Counted from the first letter of the stretch, positions 1 to 12,818 are shown. The stretch: 64,000 bases of DNA from an uncultured Pelagibacteraceae bacterium (GCA_902600485.1 CACKJD010000005.1:15905-79904); one strand, 5' to 3'. The notes: a model not told the origin generated them from the sequence alone. Translations and numbers: made by a program.

Positions 1-660
1 TCACCAAGTATCAATGGAAAAATTAGAGATCTTAAGGAAAGAGGTTGTGAAAATTTAATAGTATTACCTCTTTATCCTCAATATGCATCACCTACAACCG
101 CAACTGTTTGTGATGAAGTATTTAGATCTTTAATGAAATTGAGATGGCAGCCGAGTCTTCAAATTGTATCTCACTATGAGGAAAATCCCCTTTATATTGA
201 TGCAATTGTTAATTCTATAAAAAAAAAAATTTCAGAAATAAATTGGAAACCAGACTTAATTGTTGCATCGTATCACGGAATACCAAAGAAATATTTTGAT
301 AAAGGTGATCCATATCACTGTTATTGTATGAAAACTACGAGGCTTTTAAAAGAAAAATTTAATAGCATTGAAATTATGACAACATTTCAATCAAGGTTTG
401 GCCCACAGGAATGGCTAACGCCTTATACAGACAAAACGTTAGAAGAAATTCCAAAACAAGGTAAAAAAAATATATTAGTTATTTGCCCTGGCTTTGCCTC
501 AGATTGTGTAGAAACATTAGAGGAAATAGCGATACAAGGAAAAGAGTCTTTTGTTGATGCTGGCGGTGAAAATTTCGATCTAATACCGTGTTTAAACGAT
601 AATGAAGATCATATAAATTTACTAAAAAATTTAGTGGACTCATACTTGGTAAGGAAATGA
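1..660 (+). CDS. hemH: Ferrochelatase (5'-partial; frame open from base 1)
   Basis: Frame 1 reads SPSI...LPLYPQYAS...; contains SYHGIP, FQSRFG..W..PYT and PGF.SDCVETLEEI ferrochelatase motifs. Confidence 0.95.
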   Translation, partial: SPSINGKIRDLKERGCENLIVLPLYPQYASPTTATVCDEVFRSLMKLRWQPSLQIVSHYEENPLYIDAIVNSIKKKISEINWKPDLIVASYHGIPKKYFDKGDPYHCYCMKTTRLLKEKFNSIEIMTTFQSRFGPQEWLTPYTDKTLEEIPKQGKKNILVICPGFASDCVETLEEIAIQGKESFVDAGGENFDLIPCLNDNEDHINLLKNLVDSYLVRK

Positions 661-1097
661 ATATTTACTTAATTTTAAAATCACTACATTTGATAGCGGT
701 AATTTCTTGGATGGCTGGACTTTTATATTTACCGAGAATTTTTGTATATCATTCTGAAAATAAATTAAACAACGACATATCTGGAGTTTTTAAAATAATG
801 GAAAGACGCCTATATTTTTACATTATGTATCCAGCAATGTTATTATCTTGGATTTTTGGAGTATCAATTATTCACTTTCAAGGAATAGAATTATTAAAGG
901 CTAAATGGTTTTTGATAAAAATTATCGCTGTGATAATTTTAACAGGCTATCATTTTTATCTTGGACATTGTTTAAGATCATTTAATCAGGATCTAAATAA
1001 TAACAGCCCCAAATTTTTTAGAGTAATTAATGAGATTCCTACAATTTTACTTATATTGATAGTCTTTTTGGCGATTTTAAAGCCTATGTGGGGTTGA
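657..1097 (+). CDS. hemJ: Protoporphyrinogen IX oxidase HemJ (membrane)
   Basis: KSLHLIAVISWMAGLLYLPRIFVYH signature; follows hemH. Confidence 0.9.
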   Translation: MNIYLILKSLHLIAVISWMAGLLYLPRIFVYHSENKLNNDISGVFKIMERRLYFYIMYPAMLLSWIFGVSIIHFQGIELLKAKWFLIKIIAVIILTGYHFYLGHCLRSFNQDLNNNSPKFFRVINEIPTILLILIVFLAILKPMWG

Positions 1098-1149
1098 AAA
1101 ATTCATAATAATGATTATATTTAAATTATCTTAATTAAAATTCCCTTTA

Positions 1150-2421
1150 ATGAAAATCGAAGAACTTAAAAAAAACCCCCCGGCGCAGCTTATTACGCAA
1201 GCAGAAAAGCTTGGAATAGAAAACGCCAGTACTTTAAGAAAACAAGAAATTTTATTCGCTATACTTAAAAAACTTGCTGAAAAAGGCGAGGAAATAACTG
1301 GTATGGGTGTTTTACAATTATTACAAGATGGTTTTGGTTTTCTCAGAGCATTAGAATCAAATTATTTACCAGGAGCGGATGATATTTACGTTAGTCCAAG
1401 CCAAATAAGGAAATTTGGTCTTAGAACCGGAGACACCGTAGAAGGTCCTGTGAGAGCTCCTAAAGAGGGTGAAAGATATTTTGCTCTATTGCAAGTAAGC
1501 AAAATTAATAATGAAGATCCAATGAAATCCAGACATAAAATTGCTTTTGATAATTTAACACCGCTTTATCCAAACAAACAATTAGTTATGGAAGTAGAAA
1601 ATAACAAAATAGAGAAAAAACCAGACTTAACTTCAAGATTGATAGATTTAGTAAGCCCCATTGGAAAAGGTCAAAGATCATTAATTATCTCTCCTCCTAA
1701 GGCAGGAAAAACCATGATACTTCAAAGTATTGCAAACTCAATAACAGCAAATCATCCTGAGTGTTCATTAATGGTATTATTGATTGATGAGAGACCAGAG
1801 GAAGTTACAGACATGCAAAGAACAGTCAAAGGAGAGGTTATCAGCTCAACCTTTGATGAACCAGCTCAAAGACACGTTGCTGTAGCAGAAATGGTAATAG
1901 AAAAAGCCAAAAGGCTAACGGAGCATAAAAAAGATGTGATTATATTGCTAGATTCCATTACTCGTTTAGGAAGAGCATATAATGCGGTTGTCCCAAGCTC
2001 AGGAAAAGTTTTAACAGGAGGTGTTGATGCTAACGCTCTTCAAAGACCAAAAAGATTTTTTGGTGCTGCAAGAAATATTGAAGAGGGAGGATCATTAACA
2101 ATTATAGCCACAGCATTAATTGATACTGGAAGCAGAATGGATGAAGTAATTTTTGAAGAATTTAAAGGAACAGGTAACAGTGAGACTATACTAGATAGAA
2201 AAATTTCAGAAAAAAGGATCTTCCCAGCTATAGATATAACTAAATCAGGTACAAGAAGAGAAGAATTATTATTTGATAAAAACGATCTTCAAAAAATGAA
2301 TGTTCTAAGAAGAATTATTGCCCCAATGGGATCAATGGATGCTATTGAGTTTATAAATTCTAAATTAAAGGCTACAAAATCTAATACAGAATTTTTTAAT
2401 TCAATGAATAAGCCAGCTTAA
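1150..2421 (+). CDS. rho: Transcription termination factor Rho
   Basis: [35 protein letters not shown] motifs. Confidence 0.98.
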   Translation: MKIEELKKNPPAQLITQAEKLGIENASTLRKQEILFAILKKLAEKGEEITGMGVLQLLQDGFGFLRALESNYLPGADDIYVSPSQIRKFGLRTGDTVEGPVRAPKEGERYFALLQVSKINNEDPMKSRHKIAFDNLTPLYPNKQLVMEVENNKIEKKPDLTSRLIDLVSPIGKGQRSLIISPPKAGKTMILQSIANSITANHPECSLMVLLIDERPEEVTDMQRTVKGEVISSTFDEPAQRHVAVAEMVIEKAKRLTEHKKDVIILLDSITRLGRAYNAVVPSSGKVLTGGVDANALQRPKRFFGAARNIEEGGSLTIIATALIDTGSRMDEVIFEEFKGTGNSETILDRKISEKRIFPAIDITKSGTRREELLFDKNDLQKMNVLRRIIAPMGSMDAIEFINSKLKATKSNTEFFNSMNKPA

Positions 2422-2491
2422 GCTGGAAATCTTCACATCAAATCTTAAAATTATTTATGTTCTTTAAAAATTCACATTATATACTCAAGTA

Positions 2492-3823
2492 ATGACGATT
2501 TTTGCACTATCTTCAGCACCAGGACAATCAGGAGTGGCTGTATTTAGAATTTCAGGTCCAGAAACAGGTAATATTATTAAATTAATAACGAACAAGGATT
2601 TACCATCTCCTAGAAAAGCAAGGCTGCTAAAAATAAACAATATCAACAATTCTAGCTTAATAGATGAAGGTATAATTTTATGGTTTCCTGCCCCAAATAG
2701 CTACACAGGTGAGGATATGGCAGAACTTCATGTTCATGGAAGCAGGGGTGTAATTAAAGAAATACAAAACAACCTTTTGAGTACAAAAAAATGTAGAATG
2801 GCAGAGCCAGGAGAGTTTACTAAGATAGCCTTCGTTAACGGTAAAATAAACTTATTAAAAGCAGAAGCAATAGGAGATTTAATAGCCGCTGAAACACAAA
2901 TTCAGATTGATCAAGCACAAAGTATTATAAGAGGAAAAAGTTTTTTAAAATTTGAAAAAATTAGAGAAAAAATTATTAAAATATTAGGGACTATGGAAGC
3001 TAAAATTGACTTTCCCGAAGATGATATTCCTGAAAATGTGACCACAAATATAAAAAATGAAGTCGAGAATATCGAAATAGAAATAAAAAAGATTCTTGAT
3101 GACAATAAAGTAGGTGAGAAGATTAGGACTGGTTTTAAAATTGCTATTGTTGGTCCACCGAATTCAGGAAAATCAAGTTTAATGAATTACTTTTCGAAAA
3201 GAGATGTTTCAATTGTTTCTGAAATAGCTGGCACAACTAGGGATGTTTTAGAAACCCATTTAAACTTTGATGGATACCCAGTTACAATTTCAGATACTGC
3301 AGGTATTAGGGAGTCAAAAAATATAATAGAGAAAGAAGGTATAAAATTAGCGTTTAAAAAAGCAGAGGAAGCGGATCTAAGAATAGTAATAATAGAGCCA
3401 AAAAATGTTGAATTCTTTGGTTTTTTGAATGATTTATTCGATAAAAGCTCAATTTTATTAGTTAATAAAACAGATTTATATGATTTTAAAGTTCCTGAGC
3501 AATTAAAAAAATATAATCCTTTTCTTATATCTGTTCTTAAAGAAACCAATATTGATAAAGTAATATCAGAAATCAAATATATTTTAAAAAAATCATTATA
3601 CACAAGTACAGATGTTTTTATTACTAGAGAACGTCACAGGATTGATTTAAATAATTGCATCCTTTCTTTACAAGATTTCAAAAATAAAAATTTAAATGAA
3701 GAATTTGATAAAGCTACAGAGGATTTAAGAGTTGCTGTAAGAAATTTAGGTAAGGTTGTCGGAAAAGTTGATGTAGAGGAGATTTTATCGAGTATTTTCA
3801 ATGATTTCTGTATAGGTAAATAA
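2492..3823 (+). CDS. mnmE: tRNA modification GTPase MnmE
   Basis: TIFALSS, GPPNSGKSSL, GTTRD, DTAG, C-terminal FCIGK. Confidence 0.97.
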   Translation: MTIFALSSAPGQSGVAVFRISGPETGNIIKLITNKDLPSPRKARLLKINNINNSSLIDEGIILWFPAPNSYTGEDMAELHVHGSRGVIKEIQNNLLSTKKCRMAEPGEFTKIAFVNGKINLLKAEAIGDLIAAETQIQIDQAQSIIRGKSFLKFEKIREKIIKILGTMEAKIDFPEDDIPENVTTNIKNEVENIEIEIKKILDDNKVGEKIRTGFKIAIVGPPNSGKSSLMNYFSKRDVSIVSEIAGTTRDVLETHLNFDGYPVTISDTAGIRESKNIIEKEGIKLAFKKAEEADLRIVIIEPKNVEFFGFLNDLFDKSSILLVNKTDLYDFKVPEQLKKYNPFLISVLKETNIDKVISEIKYILKKSLYTSTDVFITRERHRIDLNNCILSLQDFKNKNLNEEFDKATEDLRVAVRNLGKVVGKVDVEEILSSIFNDFCIGK

Positions 3824-3918
3824 ACCGCTAATTACCTATTAAATTAGCTTATTTTACATTTAATTAATAAAATTCAAGATAGTCTTGTAAAAAAAGATTT
3901 CAAATATAAATTCAGGTA

Positions 3919-5790
3919 ATGGAAAATAATAAACAGTACGAAGTCATAGTAATTGGTGGAGGTCATGCAGGCTGCGAGGCTGCTGCCGCGTCTGCAAGAT
4001 TAGGAGTAAATACAGCTCTTTTTACTAATGATAAATCATCTATTGGTGAGATGTCTTGTAATCCAGCAATTGGTGGCTTAGGTAAAGGCCATTTAGTTAG
4101 AGAAATAGATGCTTTAGATGGTGTTATGGGAGAGGTTGCTGATAAATCTGGTATTCAATTTAAGCTATTAAATAGGAGTAGAGGACCAGCTGTAAGAGGA
4201 CCCCGTACCCAAAGTGATAGATTATTATATAAAAAATATATGCAAGAAAAACTTGTAAACTACTGTAATTTAAGCATTTTTTCTGACTCAGTAAATGGCT
4301 TTATATTTAATAAAAATAGTATAAACGGTATATTAACTTCCTCTGGAAAAGAAATTCACTCTAACAAGGTTATACTTACAACAGGAACATTTTTGAATGG
4401 AATGATACATATAGGTGACAAAAGAACTCCCGCAGGTAGATATAATGAAAAGCCTACTATTGGATTAAGTGAAAAATTGCATAAATATAATTTTAAAATT
4501 GGCAGGTTAAAAACAGGTACCCCGCCCAGGTTAGATGGTAGGACAATTGATTATTCAAATTTAGAAGAACAACATCCAGATGATCAAATATCATTTTTCT
4601 CTTTCTTAACAAAAAAAAATATTAACAAACAAATTAGATGTGGAATTACTTACACCAATGAAAAGGTTCATGAATTGATTTCTAAAAATATTAAACAAAG
4701 CGCAATGTATTCGGGAAGTATTAAAGGAGTAGGGCCAAGATACTGTCCTTCTATAGAGGATAAAATCTATAAATTTAAGGATAAGTCTAGGCACCAAATC
4801 TTTCTGGAACCTGAGGGACTTGAAGATAACACAGTGTATCCCAACGGAATTTCAACATCACTTCCAGCTGATTTACAACAAAAAATATGCAACAATATCA
4901 ATGGTTTAGAAAACGCTAAAATATTACGCCCAGGATACGCAATAGAATATGATTATGTTGATCCAAGGGAACTTTTTTTAACATTAGAAACGAAGAAGAT
5001 AAAAAACTTTTACCTAGCTGGTCAAATTAACGGCACAACAGGTTATGAGGAAGCTGCAGCTCAAGGACTAATAGCTGGAGCTAACGCTGCTTTATCAATA
5101 AAGGGTAAAGAGCCATTAATTCTAGATAGATCCCAGGCATATATTGGCGTTATGATAGACGATTTAGTTACAAAGGGAGTTGCTGAACCTTACAGGATGT
5201 TTACCTCAAGAGCCGAATACAGATTATCTCTAAGATGTGATAATGCTGACCTAAGGCTCACTCCTGTTGGAATTAAGTTCGGTTTAGTTAAATCAGAGAG
5301 AAGGAAATTATTTGAGGATAAATCAAGAGAATTGGAGAAATTGAACAAAAAAATGGATAATTTGAAGATATCACCGTCAGAAGCAGAAAAACATGGAGTT
5401 AAAATCGCAAAAGATGGGGTTTATAGGTCAGCAAACTCTGTTTTAGCTCAAAAAGGAGTAAAATTTAACAAAATTAGGGATATTTGGCCTGAAATAGGTG
5501 ATTATAGTAAAGAAATTGAGGAGCAGATTGAAATTAATGCTCACTATAAAGGTTATATGAAGAAACAAAAGGCGGATATTCTAGCTTTTAAAAGAGATGA
5601 GAGCCTTAAAATACCATCTGATATAAATTATGACAGTTTTTCAGGGCTTTCTAATGAAGTTAAGTCTAAATTTAAGCAAATTAGGCCAAAAACAATGGGC
5701 CAAGCTTTGAGAATAGATGGAATTACTCCAGCAGCTGTATTTATTCTATTGTCACATCTTAAAAGAAAGTCTATTAAGCATATAGCTTGA
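3919..5790 (+). CDS. mnmG: tRNA uridine-5-carboxymethylaminomethyl modification enzyme MnmG
   Basis: [48 protein letters not shown]. Confidence 0.98.
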   Translation: MENNKQYEVIVIGGGHAGCEAAAASARLGVNTALFTNDKSSIGEMSCNPAIGGLGKGHLVREIDALDGVMGEVADKSGIQFKLLNRSRGPAVRGPRTQSDRLLYKKYMQEKLVNYCNLSIFSDSVNGFIFNKNSINGILTSSGKEIHSNKVILTTGTFLNGMIHIGDKRTPAGRYNEKPTIGLSEKLHKYNFKIGRLKTGTPPRLDGRTIDYSNLEEQHPDDQISFFSFLTKKNINKQIRCGITYTNEKVHELISKNIKQSAMYSGSIKGVGPRYCPSIEDKIYKFKDKSRHQIFLEPEGLEDNTVYPNGISTSLPADLQQKICNNINGLENAKILRPGYAIEYDYVDPRELFLTLETKKIKNFYLAGQINGTTGYEEAAAQGLIAGANAALSIKGKEPLILDRSQAYIGVMIDDLVTKGVAEPYRMFTSRAEYRLSLRCDNADLRLTPVGIKFGLVKSERRKLFEDKSRELEKLNKKMDNLKISPSEAEKHGVKIAKDGVYRSANSVLAQKGVKFNKIRDIWPEIGDYSKEIEEQIEINAHYKGYMKKQKADILAFKRDESLKIPSDINYDSFSGLSNEVKSKFKQIRPKTMGQALRIDGITPAAVFILLSHLKRKSIKHIA

Positions 5791-6422
5791 TCGAATCAAA
5801 TCTTAAAAAATATTCTGAATTAGAAACATTAAACGTTTCACGTGAAACATTTCCTGCCTTAGAAGAGTTTAGATCATTATTGTTGAGTGAAAACAAAAAA
5901 ATAAACTTAATAAGCAAATCAACCGAGAAAGACTCAATAAAAAGACATATTATAGACTCAGCACAAATTATTGATATTATTGATAAAAATACTAGAACTT
6001 GCCTAGACATAGGCTCAGGTTCTGGCCTTCCAGGCGTAGTTCTTGCAATTATCTTAAAAAAAAAGGGATCAAAAATAAAATTCAAACTTTATGAGAAAAG
6101 TATGAAGAAGAGCAATTTTTTAAAAAAAATGATCAAGCACTTCGAATTAAATGCTGAGGTAAGGCAAAAGAATATTTTTGAAGAAAGGGAATTAGAAGCA
6201 GACATAGTAGTAGCTCGAGCTTTTAAACCACTGCAAACAATATTAGAATTAATAAACAAAAATTTTTCTTATTATAACAGTTTAATACTTTTCTTAGGAA
6301 AGAGTGGAAGGGAAAATATTAACGAATGTTTAAAATTATGGAAGTTTGATTATGAAATTTTAAAAAGTTTAACAGACGTAAATTCAGTCATTGTAAAAAT
6401 AAATAATTTAAGAAAAGCATGA
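5787..6422 (+). CDS. rsmG: 16S rRNA m7G527 methyltransferase RsmG (TTG start)
   Basis: [21 protein letters not shown]; position between mnmG and parA. Confidence 0.92.
   Translation: MIESNLKKYSELETLNVSRETFPALEEFRSLLLSENKKINLISKSTEKDSIKRHIIDSAQIIDIIDKNTRTCLDIGSGSGLPGVVLAIILKKKGSKIKFKLYEKSMKKSNFLKKMIKHFELNAEVRQKNIFEERELEADIVVARAFKPLQTILELINKNFSYYNSLILFLGKSGRENINECLKLWKFDYEILKSLTDVNSVIVKINNLRKA
5834..5849. promoter_or_regulatory. parS centromere-like site (ParB loading)
   Basis: CGTTTCACGTGAAACA, 15/16 match to consensus TGTTTCACGTGAAACA, inside 5' rsmG just upstream of parAB. Confidence 0.9.
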
Positions 6423-7219
6423 AAGAAAAAATTATATCAATAATAAATCAAAAGGGTGGGGTTGGGAAAACTACAACAGTAATAAATTTAGCGGCAGGAC
6501 TTTCTTTGAATAACAAAAAAGTTTTGGTAATTGACTTAGATCCCCAAGGAAATGCTACAACGGGTTTAGGATTATCTAATATAGATCAAACATCTAATTC
6601 AATTTATCAAGTATTGATTGGAACAAAAAAAATTGATGAAGCAATTTCGAAAACAAATTTTTCTAACCTGGATATAATTACTTCAAATGTGGATTTATCT
6701 GGATTGGAAGTGGAAACAGCAGATGATGGTCGTAGAGCTTATATTCTAAAGGAGAAATTGACCGCATATTTAAATGATTCTAGAGCTTCATATGATTATG
6801 TGCTTATAGACTGCCCTCCTTCCCTAAGTTTGTTAACTGTAATGGCCTTAGTAGCCTCTCATTCTCTTTTAGTCCCTCTTCAAACTGAATTCTTTGCTTT
6901 AGAGGGCATAACTCAACTGATCAAAACTATCGATAGGATTAAACTTGGATTAAATTCAGAACTTACCATTAGAGGAATACTTCTGACTATGTATGATAAG
7001 AGAAATAAGCTTTCTGGAGAAGTTGAAACTGAGGCAAGAAATTATTTTAAAGAGAAAGTATACAAAAATGTTGTTCCAAGGAATGTAAGATTGTCCGAAG
7101 CCCCTTCACATGGGATGCCAGTTATATTTTATGATAAGGCTTGTCCAGGTAGTAAATCATATATCAATTTTACAGAGGAATTTTTAGCGCAAGAAGAAAG
7201 TTTCGAGACAGCAGCATGA
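6419..7219 (+). CDS. parA: Chromosome partitioning ATPase ParA/Soj
   Basis: NQKGGVGKTTT, IDLDPQGNAT, DCPPSL, PRNVRLSEAPS. Confidence 0.97.
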   Translation: MKEKIISIINQKGGVGKTTTVINLAAGLSLNNKKVLVIDLDPQGNATTGLGLSNIDQTSNSIYQVLIGTKKIDEAISKTNFSNLDIITSNVDLSGLEVETADDGRRAYILKEKLTAYLNDSRASYDYVLIDCPPSLSLLTVMALVASHSLLVPLQTEFFALEGITQLIKTIDRIKLGLNSELTIRGILLTMYDKRNKLSGEVETEARNYFKEKVYKNVVPRNVRLSEAPSHGMPVIFYDKACPGSKSYINFTEEFLAQEESFETAA

Positions 7220-8058
7220 TAGGATTTAAAAATAAAAAAGGACTTGGTAGGGGCTTATCATCTTTAATTGGAGAAGGTAAATTTGCAGAGAGCACTAAAG
7301 CTAATATAAGTGATCTTAAAAGAAATAAATACCAACCGAGAAAAAAGTTTGATGAAACAAGCTTAGAGGAATTAACAGAATCTATAAAATCAAGAGGAAT
7401 TATTCAGCCAATAATAGTTAGAAACTCTAATACAGACATCAAATACGAAATTATTGCAGGTGAAAGAAGATGGCTTGCTGCACAGCGAGCTGGGTTACAT
7501 GAAGTACCAATTGTTGTTATAGAGGCAGATGATAAAAAAGCATTAGAGTTTGGAATAGTTGAAAATGTTCAAAGACATGACTTGAATGCAATAGAAGAAG
7601 CAGAAGGTTATAAAAGACTTATTGATGAATTTTCTTATGATCAAGAACAAGTTGCCAAATTTATAGGGAAAAGCCGAAGCCACATAACAAATTGTTTAAG
7701 ATTGTTAAGCTTACCTGTTGAACTTATTGAATTTGTTAAAGATAACAAAATATCCCCAGGTCATGCAAAAATCCTGGTTGGTCTGGAAAATTCTATTTTT
7801 ATTGCAAAAAAAATAATTTCTAAGAGATTGTCTGTTAGACAAGCTGAAACTTTAGTAAAAGCTTATAAAGCTCCTAGTAAAAAACATATAATCAAAAAAG
7901 ATCCTAACATAAAGGTTTTAGAGCATAATCTAATGGAAAAAATTGGTATGAATATTGAGATAAAGAATAAAAAAAATAATAAAGGATCAATAACTTTTCA
8001 TTATAAAGAATTAGATCAATTAAATAGAATTATAGAGTCTATAAAAAAGAGTTATTAG
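7216..8058 (+). CDS. parB: Chromosome partitioning protein ParB
   Basis: GLGRGLSSL, QPRK.F, IIAGERRW.AA, ENVQR.DL, HTH. Confidence 0.97.
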   Translation: MIGFKNKKGLGRGLSSLIGEGKFAESTKANISDLKRNKYQPRKKFDETSLEELTESIKSRGIIQPIIVRNSNTDIKYEIIAGERRWLAAQRAGLHEVPIVVIEADDKKALEFGIVENVQRHDLNAIEEAEGYKRLIDEFSYDQEQVAKFIGKSRSHITNCLRLLSLPVELIEFVKDNKISPGHAKILVGLENSIFIAKKIISKRLSVRQAETLVKAYKAPSKKHIIKKDPNIKVLEHNLMEKIGMNIEIKNKKNNKGSITFHYKELDQLNRIIESIKKSY

Positions 8059-9040
8059 TTTTTTGATCTAATATTTCATATATGAAATTTTTCATTAAAA
8101 TTAAATTTTGAGAACTATTTTTTTTAATTTTAATTTCAATATCATTTAATTTACAAATCAAATTTATAATATTTTCAAAAGACCAAAGTTGAAGTTGTTT
8201 CTTTAAAACTGGCTTATCCTTCCAAAATATGGGTGGTTTATATTCGTTGATTACTTTTTCTACATTGTTTTCGCTATTAATAATCTCTAATAAACTTAAT
8301 AGCTTTTTGGCTTTTTGCAAAAAAACCCTCAATATCAAAAAAGTATCTTCTTGAGAATATATATTTTCATTCAATATTTCTTTTACTTTTATATAATTTT
8401 TAGTCAAAGAGGCATCAACTAATTCTGAAGCACTGTAATTTTCGGATAAATTTGTTAATACAGCTATTTCTTTCAATGATATAATTTTTTTTTCTGATAT
8501 GTAATTTGAAATTTTGTCCAATTCTTTATTTAAAATACCTCTGTCACCCATACACCTATTAACTAGCAAATTTAATGTTTCTGTGGAAATACTGATTTTT
8601 TCCTCACTAAAAAATTTTCTTGCAATATTTATTAAAGATTGAGAATTATCTTTGTAGGTTGGTATAACTACCACATTGCTAGATCTTTCTGCATAGTTTC
8701 TTAACTTTGATTTTTTTTCTAATATACTACAATTTATTATAAATAGATCATCAAAGCTATCCTCAAATATTTCTATTAATAGTTCTGATATTTTTTCTGT
8801 GCATCTTTCTAAAAAAAAAATTCTTTTTTCTTCAAATAAAGATTTGTTTTTTATTTCATTATAAAACTCACTTTTATTTTTTAAAATTTGCGCTTCCTCG
8901 TACTTAATTTCTTTTCCATTTTGATTTTTTTTTATTTTATTAATTATTTCTTCTTTTAAACCCTCATTTTCACCATAGAGAAGAAAGAATTTAAATTGAT
9001 CAATATTATTTTTGCTTAATTCGAAAGTTTTTAATATCAT
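8039..9040 (-). CDS. holA: DNA polymerase III delta subunit
   Basis: LLYGENEG, PPIFWKDK motifs; conserved leuS-lptE-holA order. Confidence 0.85.
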   Translation of the reverse strand: MILKTFELSKNNIDQFKFFLLYGENEGLKEEIINKIKKNQNGKEIKYEEAQILKNKSEFYNEIKNKSLFEEKRIFFLERCTEKISELLIEIFEDSFDDLFIINCSILEKKSKLRNYAERSSNVVVIPTYKDNSQSLINIARKFFSEEKISISTETLNLLVNRCMGDRGILNKELDKISNYISEKKIISLKEIAVLTNLSENYSASELVDASLTKNYIKVKEILNENIYSQEDTFLILRVFLQKAKKLLSLLEIINSENNVEKVINEYKPPIFWKDKPVLKKQLQLWSFENIINLICKLNDIEIKIKKNSSQNLILMKNFIYEILDQKTNNSFL

Positions 9041-9492
9041 TTTATATTAGCCAAAAATACAAGTATTTCTTGGGTAATTTGTTCAACTAGATTAAACTTA
9101 ACATTTTTTTCGTATTGTTTTAAATTAAACTTATTATCATCAATATTATATTCAAAGTTTTCCGAGAAGATATTTGATGCTATTAAATTTTGATTAGTAT
9201 CTAAAACAGACAAATTAACTGTAATATTTAACCTACTTTTTGAGGGATCACCTTTTGAATCTTTTAATACCGTAATAATTTCTTCTTTGAATTCAAATTT
9301 TATATTTAAACTTTTATTAGCTTCGTCGTTTGAAAAAGCATTTATTGTATTTTGAATGTAGTTCGTAAGGTTATTATTAATATTTTTTTGAAAATTTATA
9401 ATTTTGTAATTACTATCCTTCGATGAGTATATTGGTGTGTATCCACAACTGTGTAATAAGAATATCAAAAAAATTAAAAAAATTTTCTTCAT
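9037..9492 (-). CDS. lptE: LPS assembly lipoprotein LptE
   Basis: Lipobox LHSC then GYTPIY; between leuS and holA. Confidence 0.75.
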   Translation of the reverse strand: MKKIFLIFLIFLLHSCGYTPIYSSKDSNYKIINFQKNINNNLTNYIQNTINAFSNDEANKSLNIKFEFKEEIITVLKDSKGDPSKSRLNITVNLSVLDTNQNLIASNIFSENFEYNIDDNKFNLKQYEKNVKFNLVEQITQEILVFLANIK

Positions 9493-12032
9493 TTTACAAT
9501 AAGATTAACTAATCTATTTTTTACTATAATATGCTTTAATAAATTTTTATCACTTAAAATATTTGATATTTTTTCATCATTTTTAATTTTGTTGATAAGT
9601 TCTCTATCCTGTAAATCTCTCTCAATTTTAATTAACGATTTTTTCTTCCCATTAACTTGAATTACAATATTTACAAATTTATCCTCTAAATATTTTGACT
9701 CAGCTTTAGGCCATTCAATTTTTTTGTCATATTCTAAATCATTAATTGCCTCTGAAATTATATGTGGCATTACTGGCATCATTAAAATTAAAATTTTTAT
9801 GTAATTTTCTTTAATTATTACGGCTTTATAATCTTTATCAATCTCTTTAACTAAAAAATTATAAGTTTCATAAATATTGGCAATAATTACATTGTAATTA
9901 AATTTTTCAAGATTTAATGAAATTTTTTGAATTAATCTATTTGTAAATATTGTAAGATCATTAATATCTTTGCCATTTTTATTTAATTTAATTTTTTCTA
10001 AAATTTTGTTGTGCAGTGTCCAAAATTTATTAACAAATTTATAAGAAGCAACCATGCCTTGTTCTGACCATTGTATATCTTTTTCTGGTGGACTATCAGA
10101 TAATATAAAAAGCCTTACTGCATCAGTTCCGTATGTCTCGATTATTTTTTCTGGGTCAATAACATTTTTTTTTGATTTTGACATTGATTCTGAAGATCCA
10201 ACAATAATCTTTTCTTTTTTATTGCTAACCTTAAAAAAATTCTTTCCATCTTCAGAAAATACTTCGTTGGGACTTAACCAATTATTATTTTTATCCTTAT
10301 ATGTTTCATGGCAAACCATACCTTGAGTAAATAATCCATCAAATGGTTCTTTTGATATAAAATTTTTATTTTTATGATCAAGTGCTAACATAAAAAATCT
10401 AGAATATAATAAGTGCAATATCGCGTGTTCAACACCACCGATATATTGATCCACTGGCATCCAATATTTAATTTCCTCGAGATCATACCCGTAAAGCTTG
10501 TTATTTGGAGAGCAGAAACGAAGATAATACCAGGACGAGTCTACAAAAGTATCGAGTGTATCTGTTTCTAATTTATATTTTTTTCCCCTAATTGTAATTT
10601 CTCTCCATTCTGCTTGATGGTCTAAAGGATTTCCTCTCGTTTTAAGATTTATATTTTCAGGTAGTTTAATTGGCAATTGATCTTCCGGGACAGTTTCATA
10701 ATTTCCTTGATCATCATAGGCAATAGGTATTGGACAGCCCCAATATCTCTGTCTAGATATTCCCCAGTCTTTTAATCTAAAATTAATTTTTTTTTTGCCA
10801 GACTTTATTTCCTCAATCTTAGCAATTGCTTTAGATATAGCTTCATTTGGAGTATTTAATCCGTCTAAAAAGGAAGAATTAATCATTATACCATCACCAA
10901 CATAAGCTTCATCTTCTACCTTGAAATCTCCATTAACATTTTTAGGTTTTACTACAGTTTTAATCGGTAGATTGTATTTTTTGGCAAATTCGAAATCTCT
11001 TTGATCATGAGCTGGACACCCAAAAACCGCACCAAAACCATAGTCCATCAATACAAAATTTGCAAAATAAACTGGAACTTTAGAATTTTCATCAAAAGGA
11101 TTTATAGCTGTAAGATTGGTCTTAAAGCCAATTTTCTCCGCTTGCGCGATAGACTCTTCTGTAGTCCCTGTTTTTGAACATAGTTGTTTAAATTTTTGAA
11201 ATTCTTTATCTTTTTCGTAAAACTTTGAGATAGGATGATCCGCTGATACTGCCAGAAAAGAGAACCCAAATAACGTATCTGGTCTTGTAGTAAAGCATTT
11301 GATTTTATCTACAGATGAGTTTCCATCAATTTTAAAATCTATTTCACAACCAAAAGATTTGCCTATCCAGTTTTTTTGCATAACTTTAACTTTATTAGGC
11401 CATTTATACAAATCATCTAAACCAGTTAAAAGTTCTTCAGAAAATTGAGAGATTTTAAAAAACCATTGGCTTAATTTTTTTCTCTCAACTGTTGCTCCAG
11501 AACGCCATCCCTTACCATCAATGACTTGTTCATTCGCTAAAACAGTTTGCTCGATTGGATCCCAATTAACATAGTTTTCTTTTTTATAAATTAACCCTTT
11601 ATTAAAGAGTTCCAAAAAAAATAATTGTTGATGTTTATAGTACTCTGGTGAACACGTTGAAATTTCTCGATCCCAGTCTATGGATAAACCTAATTTTTTT
11701 AATTGAGTTTTCATGACAGAAATATTCCTTTCTGTCCAATCTTTTGGATCTAGATTATTTTCTTTTGCTGCATTTTCTGCTGGCATTCCAAAAGAATCCC
11801 AACCCATTGGATGAAGGACATTATAATTTTGAAGTGACTTGTATCTGGCTAGGACATCACCTATCGTATAATTTCTTACGTGTCCCATATGTATTTTGCC
11901 AGATGGATAGGGGAACATTTCTAGGCAATAAAATTTTTTCTTTTTTTTATCTAGCTCTGTTTTAAAACTTTTATTTTTTTGCCAAAATTTTTGCCATTTT
12001 TCTTCTACAATTTTAAAATTATATCTTTCCAC
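9489..12032 (-). CDS. leuS: Leucyl-tRNA synthetase (GTG start)
   Basis: [13 protein letters not shown] (HIGH), [20 protein letters not shown]. Confidence 0.98.
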   Translation of the reverse strand: MERYNFKIVEEKWQKFWQKNKSFKTELDKKKKKFYCLEMFPYPSGKIHMGHVRNYTIGDVLARYKSLQNYNVLHPMGWDSFGMPAENAAKENNLDPKDWTERNISVMKTQLKKLGLSIDWDREISTCSPEYYKHQQLFFLELFNKGLIYKKENYVNWDPIEQTVLANEQVIDGKGWRSGATVERKKLSQWFFKISQFSEELLTGLDDLYKWPNKVKVMQKNWIGKSFGCEIDFKIDGNSSVDKIKCFTTRPDTLFGFSFLAVSADHPISKFYEKDKEFQKFKQLCSKTGTTEESIAQAEKIGFKTNLTAINPFDENSKVPVYFANFVLMDYGFGAVFGCPAHDQRDFEFAKKYNLPIKTVVKPKNVNGDFKVEDEAYVGDGIMINSSFLDGLNTPNEAISKAIAKIEEIKSGKKKINFRLKDWGISRQRYWGCPIPIAYDDQGNYETVPEDQLPIKLPENINLKTRGNPLDHQAEWREITIRGKKYKLETDTLDTFVDSSWYYLRFCSPNNKLYGYDLEEIKYWMPVDQYIGGVEHAILHLLYSRFFMLALDHKNKNFISKEPFDGLFTQGMVCHETYKDKNNNWLSPNEVFSEDGKNFFKVSNKKEKIIVGSSESMSKSKKNVIDPEKIIETYGTDAVRLFILSDSPPEKDIQWSEQGMVASYKFVNKFWTLHNKILEKIKLNKNGKDINDLTIFTNRLIQKISLNLEKFNYNVIIANIYETYNFLVKEIDKDYKAVIIKENYIKILILMMPVMPHIISEAINDLEYDKKIEWPKAESKYLEDKFVNIVIQVNGKKKSLIKIERDLQDRELINKIKNDEKISNILSDKNLLKHIIVKNRLVNLIVK

Positions 12033-12055
12033 AAAAATATTTAAAATATAAAAAC

Positions 12056-12628
12056 TTATTCTTTTTTCTCTAGTATTACGGCTTTATTTTTTCCTTCTTT
12101 TTCGTAATAACTTTGAAATCCCTCTTTTTCCATGATTGCTGCTTTTTTTAAAATTGCAAGTTTAATTTCTTTCTCAAGTTTTGATTGGATTTTATTTGTT
12201 TTACAATTTGTATTTTTACAAATTTTTTCAAATATGGTTACATCCACTGCATCAGCTCTGATTTCATTTGTTAAAAATTTAACAGTTATTTTTAAATCTC
12301 TGGTGCTCTCTGGGTTTTTATTTTCAGCTGAAAACCAATCTGTAATAAGTATTCCTCCAGAATAGCTTGCGTTCGTCAAAGGAACAAAATCAAATATCTC
12401 TATTGATGCTCTCCACAATGGGTTAGAAGATGCAAAATCAAAGTCACCACCTCGAGTTGCCCCTTTTCCAAATCTTATACCTCTTCCTTCTTGAATGTTT
12501 TTTCTAACTCTTTCATCAATATTTACAGGATTATCTTTGACATCAGATCTTTTATAAAATCCGCAAGAATTTAGGACAGCTAAAATAAGCAGTGCAAAAA
12601 TTACATTTAAAAACTTAGATCTAATCAT
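12056..12628 (-). CDS. DUF3576-like lipoprotein
   Basis: Lipobox LNSC; NPLWRAS...[13 protein letters not shown] motif; usual neighbour of leuS in alphaproteobacteria. Confidence 0.7.
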   Translation of the reverse strand: MIRSKFLNVIFALLILAVLNSCGFYKRSDVKDNPVNIDERVRKNIQEGRGIRFGKGATRGGDFDFASSNPLWRASIEIFDFVPLTNASYSGGILITDWFSAENKNPESTRDLKITVKFLTNEIRADAVDVTIFEKICKNTNCKTNKIQSKLEKEIKLAILKKAAIMEKEGFQSYYEKEGKNKAVILEKKE

Positions 12629-12818
12629 ACAAAAAATGGTTAAATGATATAAAGTTCATGAAATATAGTAAAATGTGTGAAAATCCAATGTTTTTATTGT
12701 GACTTTTTTATCACACATCAATTAAAAATACTTGTTTTTTAATGATTATGGGCGTTTTAGTCAAATTTTTTGATAAAAAGCCCTCATTCATATGAATACA
12801 AATAAAAAGGAGTAATTT

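Noticed and set aside
2415-2428. CCAGC-TTAA-GCTGG hairpin over the rho stop codon
   Set aside because: Short stem with no U-tract; not enough support for a terminator call.
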